Assembly: GCA_963722075.1 (NCBI GenBank) | Contig: CAVRJM010000001.1 | Coordinates: 1,280,001 to 1,344,000, forward strand | DNA: 64,000 nucleotides | Source: Candidatus Babeliales bacterium | Lineage (GTDB): Bacteria > Babelota > Babeliae > Babelales > JANWKD01 | Reading direction: 5' to 3' | Part shown: one piece after another, positions 39,180 to 49,265 of the stretch | Numbering within the stretch: position 1 is the stretch's first letter | Layout: every line of letters begins with the position of its first letter | Made by a program: the position numbers and the translations under genes | Notes under the pieces: generated by a model | Told to the model about the DNA's origin: nothing | Databases searched by the model: none | The model's input: the letters and a program-made list of their open reading frames with translations, nothing else

Positions 39180-39866
39180 ATGTTGTTAAAGAAATATTGG
39201 ATGATGCTTTTTATAAGTATATTCTTTTTACCAAGAATACATGCAGACAATGCGCTTTCATCTCAAAAAATCATAGCAATATCATACCAGAAGATAATTG
39301 CACATCGGGATTGGAAATTAACATTTAAGAAAGCTGCGCGTGCCTTTAAAAAGATTTCATTAAAAGACCTTCCTAAAGGGTTTAAAGTAATGGGGGCTAC
39401 CTTAAAGAAGCACTTTAAGGGTGCAGAAATTAAATTGGATCAACTAATACAAGAATATTCCTTTTTAAATAAGTATAGAGAATTAATGTATGAAGTTGCT
39501 ACTGCAGCGTACCATGATGCGCACATGATTATGTTATTAGAAAAACTTAAAGCAAAAGGGGTGCTGCTCGTATTAGCAACTAATACACCGGCTGATTGGA
39601 TTGAATATCTAAAAGGGCATCAAGAGTGCTTTAAGCTTTTTGATCTATATTGTTTGGGTTCTGGTGATTTTGGTAGAAAGCCTGATTTTAAATATCTGCA
39701 GAATTTGCATGCCGCAGTTTCAAATGAGGATTCCCCCATTTTGATTATTGATTCAGATGCCCAAAATGTAAAAAAGATGCAATGTGATGAACTGAATATT
39801 CAATCAATACAATTTACAACACCGCAAGAGCTTGAAATACAGTTAATTGAACTTGGTTATTTATAA
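39180..39866 (+). CDS. Degenerate HAD-like protein with signal peptide
   Basis: LATN, GRKPD..Y and IIDSDAQNV resemble HAD motifs II-IV; motif I DxD absent. Confidence 0.6.
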   Translation: MLLKKYWMMLFISIFFLPRIHADNALSSQKIIAISYQKIIAHRDWKLTFKKAARAFKKISLKDLPKGFKVMGATLKKHFKGAEIKLDQLIQEYSFLNKYRELMYEVATAAYHDAHMIMLLEKLKAKGVLLVLATNTPADWIEYLKGHQECFKLFDLYCLGSGDFGRKPDFKYLQNLHAAVSNEDSPILIIDSDAQNVKKMQCDELNIQSIQFTTPQELEIQLIELGYL

Positions 39867-39937
39867 TTTCTCTTTTTGTTTTTTATTAAACAATTAATTA
39901 TCATAGGAATAATTAATTTATTTACGATAGGGAAATT

Positions 39938-40282
39938 ATGATAGTAAGAAATTCACTGTTATTGGTTATTTTTTCATGTTGTGCAATTGACAGCTTATTG
40001 ACTATGGATAAAATGGAAATAAAAATTCAAAGAAAACTTTTTAAAATTGCGCGCAATCCATTATTAGTGGAATATCCAAATCAAACAGATCAGAAAGCTT
40101 TTTTACAATATAAAAAAGATCAAGAAATTGCTTTTGAAAGCGGTAAATTTTACACCTGTGAAATAATTAAGCATCCTACAGCTATAGGTTATTTATATAG
40201 CAAAATGTCGCAAGTATCTGATTTGAGGCGCATATTAATTGAATCTTTTTCTTACATAATATTTCCCGATGAAAAAAATTAG
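39938..40282 (+). CDS. Hypothetical exported protein (Met at +1)
   Basis: aggga RBS; hydrophobic N-region then |MDK. Confidence 0.6.
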   Translation: MIVRNSLLLVIFSCCAIDSLLTMDKMEIKIQRKLFKIARNPLLVEYPNQTDQKAFLQYKKDQEIAFESGKFYTCEIIKHPTAIGYLYSKMSQVSDLRRILIESFSYIIFPDEKN

Positions 40283-41018
40283 TTCAGTTCACAATGAAGA
40301 AATAAAGGCAATAGTAAAATTACATACGGTAAAAGGACGTAAAGAACAAAAGCGCTTTTTTGCCGAAGGGTATACCGTATGTGCTACGTTAATTGCTGCT
40401 GGTTATAAACCACTGCAGGTATACAGCACCGAATTACTCTTACCCCAGGCACAGCAACTAGCAGGCGTGCGGTTCATAACCGTTGTTGATTCCATAGTGC
40501 TCGCCAAAATGTCGGCAGCGCAAACGCCAAGCGGTATTTTATCAGTATTTTCATTGCCATCAATGCCCGAACCAGCATTATTAAGTGCTGGCATAGTGCT
40601 CTATAATGTTACCGATCCGGGTAATATGGGTACCTTATTAAGAACATGCGCAGCCATGGGCAAAAAAACTGCCGTAATAATAGAGGGTGCCGATCCTTGG
40701 AGCCCTAAAGTGGTACAAGCATCAGCGGGAACGCTTGGTTTATTAGATATTTTTGAACTGAGTTGGCCGTTGCTAAAGATGCACCAGCGGGATTTGCAAT
40801 TGCATGCATTGGTATGCAAGGGCGGCAAAACAATTGATAAAAAGACACAGGATAATATACTATTTCTTGTAGGCAATGAAGCACAGGGGATTCCTGAACA
40901 TATTGTTCAAGAATGTGATCAACAAATTACCTTAGAAATGCCGGGTAAGATTGATAGTTTAAATGTTGCTGTTGCGGGTTCCATTGCGTTATATTTAGCA
41001 TGGTACACTTCTTCATAG
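40269..41018 (+). CDS. TrmH-family RNA methyltransferase
   Basis: FFAEG, DPGNMGTLLRT, PKVVQASAG, VGNEAQG, SLNVAVAGSI. Confidence 0.93.
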   Translation: MKKISSVHNEEIKAIVKLHTVKGRKEQKRFFAEGYTVCATLIAAGYKPLQVYSTELLLPQAQQLAGVRFITVVDSIVLAKMSAAQTPSGILSVFSLPSMPEPALLSAGIVLYNVTDPGNMGTLLRTCAAMGKKTAVIIEGADPWSPKVVQASAGTLGLLDIFELSWPLLKMHQRDLQLHALVCKGGKTIDKKTQDNILFLVGNEAQGIPEHIVQECDQQITLEMPGKIDSLNVAVAGSIALYLAWYTSS

Positions 41019-41031
41019 TGAAAGGTATTTT

Positions 41032-41421
41032 ATGAACTATATTTTATTACTAATGAGTCTGGCAATAATGACTTCTTCGTTACAAGCAATGAGATCTAAA
41101 GATGATACAAATCTTCCCAATAGAATTTACGGTAATAGCCGTGCAAATTCTGAAAATGAACCGCGTGTAGTAACGCTTCGTGTTTTATTAAATGCTAATA
41201 CCCACAATATTACTATGCAAGATCGTGAATTATTAACCGATTCTCCTTATTTGGTGCGCCCTCTTACTCGAGCGCAGCCTATATCAATGCAGTATAGATT
41301 ACCATGGATTCCGGGTACCCATTACAGGTCATTAGAAGATTGTTGTTGGTTAGGATTTTATTGTAGTGCTGCTGCAGGAATCGTGGGAATGGCATATTTA
41401 GCTTCGATGTTTGGTCAATAA
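41032..41421 (+). CDS. Hypothetical exported protein with C-terminal TM (Met at +1)
   Basis: MNYILLLMSLAIMTSSLQA|MRS; hydrophobic C-terminus. Confidence 0.6.
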   Translation: MNYILLLMSLAIMTSSLQAMRSKDDTNLPNRIYGNSRANSENEPRVVTLRVLLNANTHNITMQDRELLTDSPYLVRPLTRAQPISMQYRLPWIPGTHYRSLEDCCWLGFYCSAAAGIVGMAYLASMFGQ

Positions 41422-41458
41422 AATGTCACACAACTACTATTTGGATGCAATATAAATA

Positions 41459-42760
41459 ATGGGTGGACATCATAAGTTATCATTTTGGACTGCCGTATTA
41501 GTTAATTTGAATGTAATGTTTGGTGCAGGCATATTCATTAATACTATATCGGTGGCCAAACAGGCAGGTTTTTTGGGATTCATAAGCTATTTGGTAGTAG
41601 CAATTCTTCTTATTCCCTTAATCATAGGTATGAGTCGTTTAATTGCGCTTTTTCCTAATGGGGGCTTTTATGGGTATGGTGCCCATACCATTAGCAAGGG
41701 CGTTGGTTTTTTTAGTGCATGGGCTTATTTTACTGGTAAATTAGCATCAGCGGCATTACTGGTTCATGTATTTTCAACGTTGATAGTATCATTATTTCCC
41801 GGGTACCTAGGAATATCAACTATTGCTCTTGATAGTATTATTATTTGTTTGTTTGCATGGCTCAATTTGCATCATATGAAAACAGGCAGAGCAATTATGT
41901 ATACCTTTATGGTTTTCAAAGTAGTGCCTATTCTCTTTGCTATTTTGAGTTGCCTTTATTTATATTCGTATTGGTCGGTGCCGGCCGATTTATTCTTATG
42001 GTCGGGAATACCTTATGCCATTCCATTGGTAATATTTGCTTTTACTGGTTTTGAAGTATGTTGTTCGTTAAGTAGTTCAATTGAAAATGCACAAAAAAAT
42101 GGACCACGCATTATTTTTTTAACGTATGGCTTAGTCGTTTGTACCACTATCATATATCAATTTTTTATGTTTCTTACCGCGGGTTCTTCTTTAATGGGTC
42201 AAGAAAGCTATTTAGGGGTTTTCCCAACACTATTGAGTTTATTATTTGCTGATAATTCTCTATTGGTGCAGCATGGTACGCACATCATTCATGTTGCAAT
42301 AGCGTGCGCTTCCCTGGGCGGAAGTTATGGCATATTATTTAGCAATCACTGGAATTTATATGCACTTGCTGAGCATAACCATACTTTTTTCCCTCAAATA
42401 CTTACCACTCTTAATAGTTATTCAATTCCGTTCTATTGCATACTAGTAGAAGCTATTCTTTGCATTTTTTATTTAGTGGTTACCCAAGCATCAGTAGTGA
42501 TATTACAACAGATTAGTGTGATGGGAAGTGTGCTTGCGTATACGATGAGCATGGTGGGACTTTTATATTTTAGCCGTACGCAGGATTCCTTCAATGGTCG
42601 TTATATAATATGGGGTGCCTTATTAAGCTGTTTATTATTTATAAGCTGTTGTGTAAGAAATTTTTATTATAATGGATTATATGCCTTTTATTTTTTCACC
42701 ATTATTTTAATTTTTGGCATTGGTATGTATTTAATTACCAAAAAGAAAGGTAGTGCGTGA
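41459..42760 (+). CDS. APC-family amino acid permease
   Basis: MFGAGIF, P..GG.YGY, GFFSAW.Y, FAFTGFE; about 12 TM segments. Confidence 0.9.
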   Translation: MGGHHKLSFWTAVLVNLNVMFGAGIFINTISVAKQAGFLGFISYLVVAILLIPLIIGMSRLIALFPNGGFYGYGAHTISKGVGFFSAWAYFTGKLASAALLVHVFSTLIVSLFPGYLGISTIALDSIIICLFAWLNLHHMKTGRAIMYTFMVFKVVPILFAILSCLYLYSYWSVPADLFLWSGIPYAIPLVIFAFTGFEVCCSLSSSIENAQKNGPRIIFLTYGLVVCTTIIYQFFMFLTAGSSLMGQESYLGVFPTLLSLLFADNSLLVQHGTHIIHVAIACASLGGSYGILFSNHWNLYALAEHNHTFFPQILTTLNSYSIPFYCILVEAILCIFYLVVTQASVVILQQISVMGSVLAYTMSMVGLLYFSRTQDSFNGRYIIWGALLSCLLFISCCVRNFYYNGLYAFYFFTIILIFGIGMYLITKKKGSA

Positions 42761-43923
42761 AATGGCTCTTGTTATGCTTAAATATAACAACTATTGTGTA
42801 TGGCATGGAAATTGAGGATGATAAAAATACTCAAAGCGAATGCCAATTACCGGCTGAAATTTTTTGTCTTATTCAAAAACAAGTAAATACGCGTCAGTAC
42901 TATACTATTAAATATTCTCCTGATACAGAAATTTTTAGCCCTAATAATAATAAGCTGGGGATTATTTCTCATGCAAGGGATAACCAACGATTTCAATTTA
43001 CAAATTTTGTTCATTATTCACCTGGATTTAATGATATGGAAGACCCGGGTTCTAAAACGGGTTTTATAGTTCATCATGAATTAGTAAAATTTCTATTTTT
43101 TGATGCTGGTTCTGGGGAGGCACATTTTGATGGTCCAAATGATGCTAATACATTTTTACTGAGTAATCCTATAAAAAATAGCAATGGAATCGTAGGTTAT
43201 AATATTTTTATGGCTTTTATAAAAAATAAGGATCAACGTAAAAAAATGCATCAGGATTGTTGGGATCGTTATTGCGATACATTTGATAACGCTATATTTA
43301 GGTGTGGATCTTTAACCGCTTTAGCATTATATAACAAGGACAATATAATTGCTTGTGCTGATAATTATGATTTAGACAAAAAGATAGCTCTTTATGATTC
43401 AACGGGAATCTTAATTACAGAAAGTGTTCTGCCTAAAAAGTATGGACTTTTAAAAAAGTTATCATTTTTAACTCATCGTACTTTGTTTGGATTAACGCAA
43501 AAAGGGCGATTGATTACTGTAGCGTTTCATGAAGCCTCGGGTACCTTAACTATCCATAAACAAAGAATAAAAGCAAACAATACCAAAGTTAAAGTACAAA
43601 ATTTTGCGGTGGATCCGTGCCATCTTGGGCAATTACTGTTGCTCCTGGAAGATAATCGGTTGTTTTTAGTGAACATTAAAAAACCTGCTATTGAATCCTT
43701 TTATATATTAAATACTGGTCCAATAGAAAACCTCTGGTTTTATAATGATAAAGTTGGGTATCTAGAAAAAGATTCAATTAAAGATAATAAAGCGACGTTT
43801 GTTACCTTTGATCTGTATCAATTTGTTAATGAACATGAGGTTAATAATAAGCATGCTAATGAATATTTGACTAAATTGGTAGAAAAATTTATAGATGATG
43901 ATAGAAATAGAAAACATAACTAA
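42757..43923 (+). CDS. Hypothetical exported protein (Met at +1), F-box-like start and probable beta-propeller
   Basis: IVYG|MEIE; QLPAEIFCLI; beta-strand-rich C-terminal half. Confidence 0.65.
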   Translation: MKWLLLCLNITTIVYGMEIEDDKNTQSECQLPAEIFCLIQKQVNTRQYYTIKYSPDTEIFSPNNNKLGIISHARDNQRFQFTNFVHYSPGFNDMEDPGSKTGFIVHHELVKFLFFDAGSGEAHFDGPNDANTFLLSNPIKNSNGIVGYNIFMAFIKNKDQRKKMHQDCWDRYCDTFDNAIFRCGSLTALALYNKDNIIACADNYDLDKKIALYDSTGILITESVLPKKYGLLKKLSFLTHRTLFGLTQKGRLITVAFHEASGTLTIHKQRIKANNTKVKVQNFAVDPCHLGQLLLLLEDNRLFLVNIKKPAIESFYILNTGPIENLWFYNDKVGYLEKDSIKDNKATFVTFDLYQFVNEHEVNNKHANEYLTKLVEKFIDDDRNRKHN

Positions 43924-44005
43924 ATGTCATTTAATAAAATTTATTTAGCTAAAAAGGTTATTTTGTTTCTTATTCACTTATCTTGATCGAAGAATTTTAC
44001 GTTAC

Positions 44006-45070
44006 CTATCTGATCTTGAGCGTCAGCAAAGCAAATAAGCACAAAATAAGCGAAATGATACCAAATCGCACCGTAATTTTAGATTCTTGCCACCCTAATA
44101 ATTCAAAATGATGATGAAGGGGGGCCATTTTAAAAATGCGCTTACCAAAATATTTAAATGATACTACTTGCATAATAACTGATACGGTTTCCATCACAAA
44201 AAGACCGCCTGAAATTACTAAGAGCAGTTCTTGTTTTGCAAGAATAGCCATAAGAGCTAATGCGCTTCCCAGTGCTAATGATCCGACGTCTCCCATAAAT
44301 ATTTGTGCTGGATAGGTATTGTACCACAAAAATCCTAATGAGGCGCCTACTAATGCGCAACCAATGATGGTAATTTCTGAAGAATGTGCGTACGGAATAT
44401 GTAGGTAATAGGCCAATAAAAAATGGCCAGCAATGTAGCAAATTAAGGAATAGAGCGCAAAATTAGGAATCAATGAACCGATGGCAAGTCCATCCAAGCC
44501 GTCAGTTAAATTTACGGCATTACACATGGCAACTAAAATGAAGGCAACCCAAGCGATATAAAAATAACCAAGATCAATAGTGAGATTTTTAAAAAACGGG
44601 AAACTGATAAAAGCTTGGTTGGGGTTATGAGCATAAAGGCAGATAGCTATAATAAGCGCAAATGTTATTTGTAGTAGAAATTTGCTACGAGCCGATATTC
44701 CTTTCTTTCGCTTAATTTTGAACCAATCATCTAAAAAGCCAATGATACCAAATCCTGTGATGCAGGCCAAAAACAGTAATACCGTATACTGAAGCAGATT
44801 ACACCATAATAAGGATGAGAAAATAACCGTGGCAATAATAAATATACCCCCCATAGTGGGCATATTGTTTTTAATTTTATGTGCCTCGGGTGTCCATTCT
44901 CGTACGTTAGTGCGAAAAAATTGTTGAGACTTATTAATAAACCAATTACCAAAGATAAATGAAAAAAAAAGGGAGGTAAGGAGTGCTGCTATGGCACGAA
45001 AACTAACATAATGAATAACATTAAAAATGGAAAAAGTATGTTTTAGATAATTTGATAAATGATATATCAT
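44006..45070 (-). CDS. mraY: Phospho-N-acetylmuramoyl-pentapeptide transferase
   Basis: PTMGG, GFLDD, NAVNLTDGLDGLA, IFMGDVGS, MAPLHHHFEL.GW.E. Confidence 0.97.
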   Translation of the reverse strand: MIYHLSNYLKHTFSIFNVIHYVSFRAIAALLTSLFFSFIFGNWFINKSQQFFRTNVREWTPEAHKIKNNMPTMGGIFIIATVIFSSLLWCNLLQYTVLLFLACITGFGIIGFLDDWFKIKRKKGISARSKFLLQITFALIIAICLYAHNPNQAFISFPFFKNLTIDLGYFYIAWVAFILVAMCNAVNLTDGLDGLAIGSLIPNFALYSLICYIAGHFLLAYYLHIPYAHSSEITIIGCALVGASLGFLWYNTYPAQIFMGDVGSLALGSALALMAILAKQELLLVISGGLFVMETVSVIMQVVSFKYFGKRIFKMAPLHHHFELLGWQESKITVRFGIISLILCLFALLTLKIR

Positions 45071-45143
45071 AGTAAGCTTTCAAAATTAATATTTTTTGGT
45101 TTACAAAATTACTCAAAGCTTAATAATAAGGCTTAAGAATGAT

Positions 45144-45342
45144 GTCGTTGCGAGCTTGTCGAAGCAATCCAGGTTCATTTAATATTTGGTAATTTATTCT
45201 TGTTTACTGGATCCTTACACTCCGTTCAGGATGACATTCACAAGCCTCCCCGTCATTCTGAGGCCTTTGGCCGTAAGAATCCAGTGATAAAATGATTTCT
45301 AATAATAATCAAGCCTGGATTGCTTCGCAGGCTCGCAACGAC
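45144..45342. repeat. Four-unit alternating REP-like array (BIME-like)
   Basis: 45144-45172 (+, TGC), 45207-45235 (-, CCT), 45251-45284 (+, TCT), 45315-45342 (-, TGC). Confidence 0.92.
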
Positions 45343-45633
45343 ATTTCTTTGGAAATTGTATATCCTTTGAGCAAAATTTCTTTCGTATTTAAATAAGCAA
45401 AGCTCAATGTGCTTTTAGTTCTCATTATAGCAATTATTACAATTGTTGCTGCGGATATTTAAAGAAAAGCGAGACATGGTCATATTTATAATTTCTCTTT
45501 GGAAATAAATAATTTATTAATATGGCTAAAAGGGCTGTTGAATACCCCCTTTTGACAATAAAAGTGAGCTATTTAAACTATTAAGTATGCTAGTTTCATC
45601 TACATAAGATATGATATCGGAGGAAAACTAACT

Positions 45634-46074
45634 ATGAAATCGAGTTATTTAGGTAAAGCAGGAAAGTGTGGAGCGTTGTTTTTATTACTGTATGGTACTA
45701 TACCATCCACCAACAAAGCAGTACCCATAGCAAGTACTGCTATGGTAACCTCAAGCAACGATGCGAAATCACCTGGCCAAGAATTTATTGCTGAACTGAG
45801 AAAGTTTTGCAATGACTTTAAGGATACCACTTCTTTTAGCAAGTTTTGCGTAAAACTTGTAACCTTTCTTGAACAATATGCAGCCGCTATTAAAAATGAG
45901 TTTCCTACGCTTAGTATCCAGGAGCTTATAAAAGCACTCAAAGATGTTCAAAATAAAACTAGCTCTATGATGATAGGGTTTAAACTACATCCGTTTTTTA
46001 AAGAATTACCACATGACCTGCAAGATGTTTCTAAATGGCGAGCGGCCCTGAACAGGCGGTTGTCTCTGCAATAA
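45634..46074 (+). CDS. Hypothetical exported helical protein
   Basis: ggagg RBS; upstream TTGACA (45552) ... TAAACT; signal-like N-terminus. Confidence 0.7.
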   Translation: MKSSYLGKAGKCGALFLLLYGTIPSTNKAVPIASTAMVTSSNDAKSPGQEFIAELRKFCNDFKDTTSFSKFCVKLVTFLEQYAAAIKNEFPTLSIQELIKALKDVQNKTSSMMIGFKLHPFFKELPHDLQDVSKWRAALNRRLSLQ

Positions 46075-46198
46075 ATCTATTTCGATTATGGATAAGGGGA
46101 AATGGAGGCCTTTTAACATCAATTGAAATCTTACGCTAGATACGATACCATTATCTCTAGGAGAAATCTTAGGGATAATGGCTTTTTAGAATGATATC

Positions 46199-48004
46199 AT
46201 GGCAAAAACTGGTTCATATGATTTTGATGTAATAGTAGTAGGTGGTGGGCATGCTGGTATAGAAGCTGCTTATGCATCTGCTCGTTTAGGGTCAAAAACA
46301 TTATTAATTACTTTAAATTTAGATCGTATTGGCTATATGCCGTGTAACCCTGCAATTGGCGGGGTGGGCAAAGGACATATTGTATTTGAAATTAGCGCCT
46401 TAGGCGGCTTAATGCCTAAATTATGTACGCAAACATATTTGCAAGCGCGTATGCTGAACACCAAAAAAGGGCCGGCGGTTCAAGGATTGCGATTACAAAT
46501 TGATAAACATGCTTATAACGATCATGCCAAGCAAACATTAGAACGAACGGAAAATTTACAGATTATTTCTGGCATGGTTGAATCCTTATTTCTTGATAAT
46601 AAAGGTGCAATTTGCGGCGCCAAAACGCGTGAAGGGGTAGAATACAGTGCTGGTGCTGTTATTTTAACCACCGGTACGTTTTTAAATGGCGTGGTGCATA
46701 TTGGCAAAAATAATTATTCTGCTGGTCGCCAAGGGGATGAAGCGGTTCCTCATTTAACATCATTTTTAAATAAATTGGGTTTAATAACCGGTCGATTAAA
46801 AACAGGAACACCACCGCGCTTATTGCGCTCAAGTATTGATTTTTCTCAATTAGATATGCAAGCGCCAGATAACTTGAATCATCTTTTTGAATTTCATCCG
46901 CATACCGTTACCAATAAGCGCGATTGCTTTATTGCGTATACTAATTCTAAAACCCATGAAATAATAAGAAAAAATTTACCTTTATCTGCCATGTATAGCG
47001 GCAATATTAAAGGTATTGGACCGCGTTATTGCCCGTCTGTTGAAGATAAAATTGCGCGCTTTCCTGATAAAACAGCGCATCATATTTTTGTAGAACCAGA
47101 AAGTGCTTCAAGTGATGAGATTTACCCAAACGGTATTTCTACTTCATTGCCATTACCGGTGCAACTTGAAATGGTACATTCGATTGTTGGATTTGAACAA
47201 GCGGTTATTGTGCGTCCTGGCTATGCGATTGAGTATGATTTTGTGCTTCCTGATCAATTATCCCATACATTAGAAGTTAAAAAAGTTCCCGGTCTTTTTT
47301 TGGCGGGTCAGATTAATGGCACTACCGGCTACGAAGAGGCGGCCGGCCAAGGAATTATGGCGGGAATCAATGCTCATTTGAAAGTACATAGATTGGCGCC
47401 GTTTATACTTGATAGAAACCAAGGATATATTGGCGTTATGATCGATGATTTGGTTACCTTAGGTGTTGATGAACCATATCGTATGTTTACTTCTCGTGCT
47501 GAACGGCGTTTAACATTGCGGCAGGATAATGTGTTTTTACGATTAGCTGACACCAGTTATAATTTAGGCCTTATTGATAAAACTATGTACGAAGCTATTC
47601 AACAAGAAAAAGCTATTGTATCTGATACCATAACGCAACTTAAATCGGGAAAAAATAGCTGTGATATTTTGCAATTATTAGGCAATCAAGAAGAGCATAA
47701 ACAGAAGCTTAATGAATTTACGGATGGCAAATTATCCAACCGATTACTAGAAACAATTTGGGCTGATATACGGTATGAGCCCTATTTAAAACGTGAAGAA
47801 AAAGAAATAGAAAAGTCAAAGGTATATCAAGAGTTGAATATTCCCGAAAGCTTTAATTATAGCATTATTCCCGGTCTTTCTACGGAGTTAAAACAAAAAT
47901 TAACTAGGCATAAACCCAAAACAATTGCGCAAGCAATGCTTATTACGGGAATGACACCAGCGGCAATTTCGCTGCTTATCTTTAAGGTTCGAGAACATCA
48001 ATAA
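46199..48004 (+). CDS. mnmG: tRNA uridine-5-carboxymethylaminomethyl modification enzyme
   Basis: VVGGGHAGIEAA, CNPAIGG, RLKTGTPPR, GPRYCPS.EDK, AGQINGTTGYEEAA. Confidence 0.98.
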   Translation: MAKTGSYDFDVIVVGGGHAGIEAAYASARLGSKTLLITLNLDRIGYMPCNPAIGGVGKGHIVFEISALGGLMPKLCTQTYLQARMLNTKKGPAVQGLRLQIDKHAYNDHAKQTLERTENLQIISGMVESLFLDNKGAICGAKTREGVEYSAGAVILTTGTFLNGVVHIGKNNYSAGRQGDEAVPHLTSFLNKLGLITGRLKTGTPPRLLRSSIDFSQLDMQAPDNLNHLFEFHPHTVTNKRDCFIAYTNSKTHEIIRKNLPLSAMYSGNIKGIGPRYCPSVEDKIARFPDKTAHHIFVEPESASSDEIYPNGISTSLPLPVQLEMVHSIVGFEQAVIVRPGYAIEYDFVLPDQLSHTLEVKKVPGLFLAGQINGTTGYEEAAGQGIMAGINAHLKVHRLAPFILDRNQGYIGVMIDDLVTLGVDEPYRMFTSRAERRLTLRQDNVFLRLADTSYNLGLIDKTMYEAIQQEKAIVSDTITQLKSGKNSCDILQLLGNQEEHKQKLNEFTDGKLSNRLLETIWADIRYEPYLKREEKEIEKSKVYQELNIPESFNYSIIPGLSTELKQKLTRHKPKTIAQAMLITGMTPAAISLLIFKVREHQ

Positions 48005-48017
48005 AAAAGGGTTCATT

Positions 48018-48227
48018 ATGAAATACCATCTTCCATTACTAACATTAATTTGTTGCTTGGTAGTAATGAGTCATAGTATGGATAATAGTAGGCAAGAGCG
48101 TGATAAAAGAAATCAAAAAGCTCAGGCAGAATGTCAGGCAAAGCGTAAAAAAAAACCTGACAGAACCGAAGAGGAACTAGCCCAAGATGCTATTTATATT
48201 GCAACTTTAAATTGTATTTTAATGTAA
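48018..48227 (+). CDS. Small exported protein (Met at +1)
   Basis: 69 aa; MKYHLPLLTLICCLVVMSHS|MDN; basic KRKKK stretch. Confidence 0.5.
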   Translation: MKYHLPLLTLICCLVVMSHSMDNSRQERDKRNQKAQAECQAKRKKKPDRTEEELAQDAIYIATLNCILM

Positions 48228-48232
48228 AGTAA

Positions 48233-48895
48233 ATGATGATTAAAAAAAGATCTTTTTTTACCAGAAATAGTTTTTTTGTTTTTATTTTAACCTTTTATAG
48301 CGTGCTTTTTATAGAATATGTTTTTACAACCAAAGAATTAGCAGCTTTAAAAATTGAAGAGGAGCTTAAAGAACAAGATGCAGTTCCGTTACTTGATGAT
48401 TCCATTTTGACCATGGAGCCATTAAAGCCTAAAAATGAAGTAGTTGCCCTTACTCCAAGAAAAGAAGCAGTACCGGTAATAAAAACGGCATCAAGTCTTA
48501 CCATAGCACCAGAAAATAAAAAAAAACCTATAACGCAACAGCACGCTACTGATCATGAACGTATTGTTACCATATGCAATGATATTACTCAAGATATGGT
48601 TACCTATAAAAAACATTGGTCAGGCCATCATGCGCCGTCAAAATTTATAGTAAAAGTAAATGATCAAGAATTAAAAAAGGGCGTGCCGACACCGGTGAAA
48701 GTGGTTGATGACAACGTGCGAATTTCTTATAGCTATGAATTTCGCGCCATGGGATGTGTGTATCGCACTGGTGGAAGAAATCTTGAATATAAGATTCCAA
48801 AAAAAGTTGAACAATGTAGTTCAACTTTTTCCTGGGATGCCCCCCATAATTTGATTCTTGAGCATGGACAATTAGTTGCGGTTACTGATTTTTGA
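48233..48895 (+). CDS. Hypothetical membrane-anchored protein
   Basis: N-terminal TM, low-complexity linker, beta-rich C-terminal domain. Confidence 0.7.
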   Translation: MMIKKRSFFTRNSFFVFILTFYSVLFIEYVFTTKELAALKIEEELKEQDAVPLLDDSILTMEPLKPKNEVVALTPRKEAVPVIKTASSLTIAPENKKKPITQQHATDHERIVTICNDITQDMVTYKKHWSGHHAPSKFIVKVNDQELKKGVPTPVKVVDDNVRISYSYEFRAMGCVYRTGGRNLEYKIPKKVEQCSSTFSWDAPHNLILEHGQLVAVTDF

Positions 48896-48976
48896 ATAAT
48901 TCTCTTATGTTTATAAAACTTTTATCGCTTACAAATGAGATCTACCTTGAGCCTTAGTGTAACGAATTGGAAAGAT

Positions 48977-49094
48977 GTCGTTGCGAGTTTACGAAGCAAT
49001 CCAGGCTCATTTAAAGTTTTCTAGTTTGCTGATAAATTTTTTAATTGTTTAAATAATTGATATTTCTGGATTGCCGCGCTTCGCTCGCAACGAC
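48977..49094. repeat. Facing REP-like dimer (TGC type)
   Basis: gtcgttgcgagtttacgaagcaatccag (48977-49004) and ctggattgccgcgcttcgctcgcaacgac (49066-49094). Confidence 0.9.
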
Positions 49095-49265
49095 AGCCTG
49101 TCTTTATTATTGTAATTTGAGGCAAATTTTTTTATACATTGCAAATAAGCTTCCAGAGAACCCATTAAATAAGTTTATTGAGTTTTTTCAGTAATATATG
49201 CTATTATTAAATTATCGATAAAAACAGCATATAAATAGCAAGAATCGCTTAAAAAATGAGAGGTT

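Noticed and set aside
45144..45342. CRISPR array interpretation of ~30-bp repeats with ~30-bp spacers
   Set aside because: Units alternate in orientation, differ in sequence, are dispersed over 13 loci, and no cas genes are present.
46154..46175. GAAA-capped hairpin upstream of mnmG
   Set aside because: Short stem with G-U pairs, single occurrence; could be chance.
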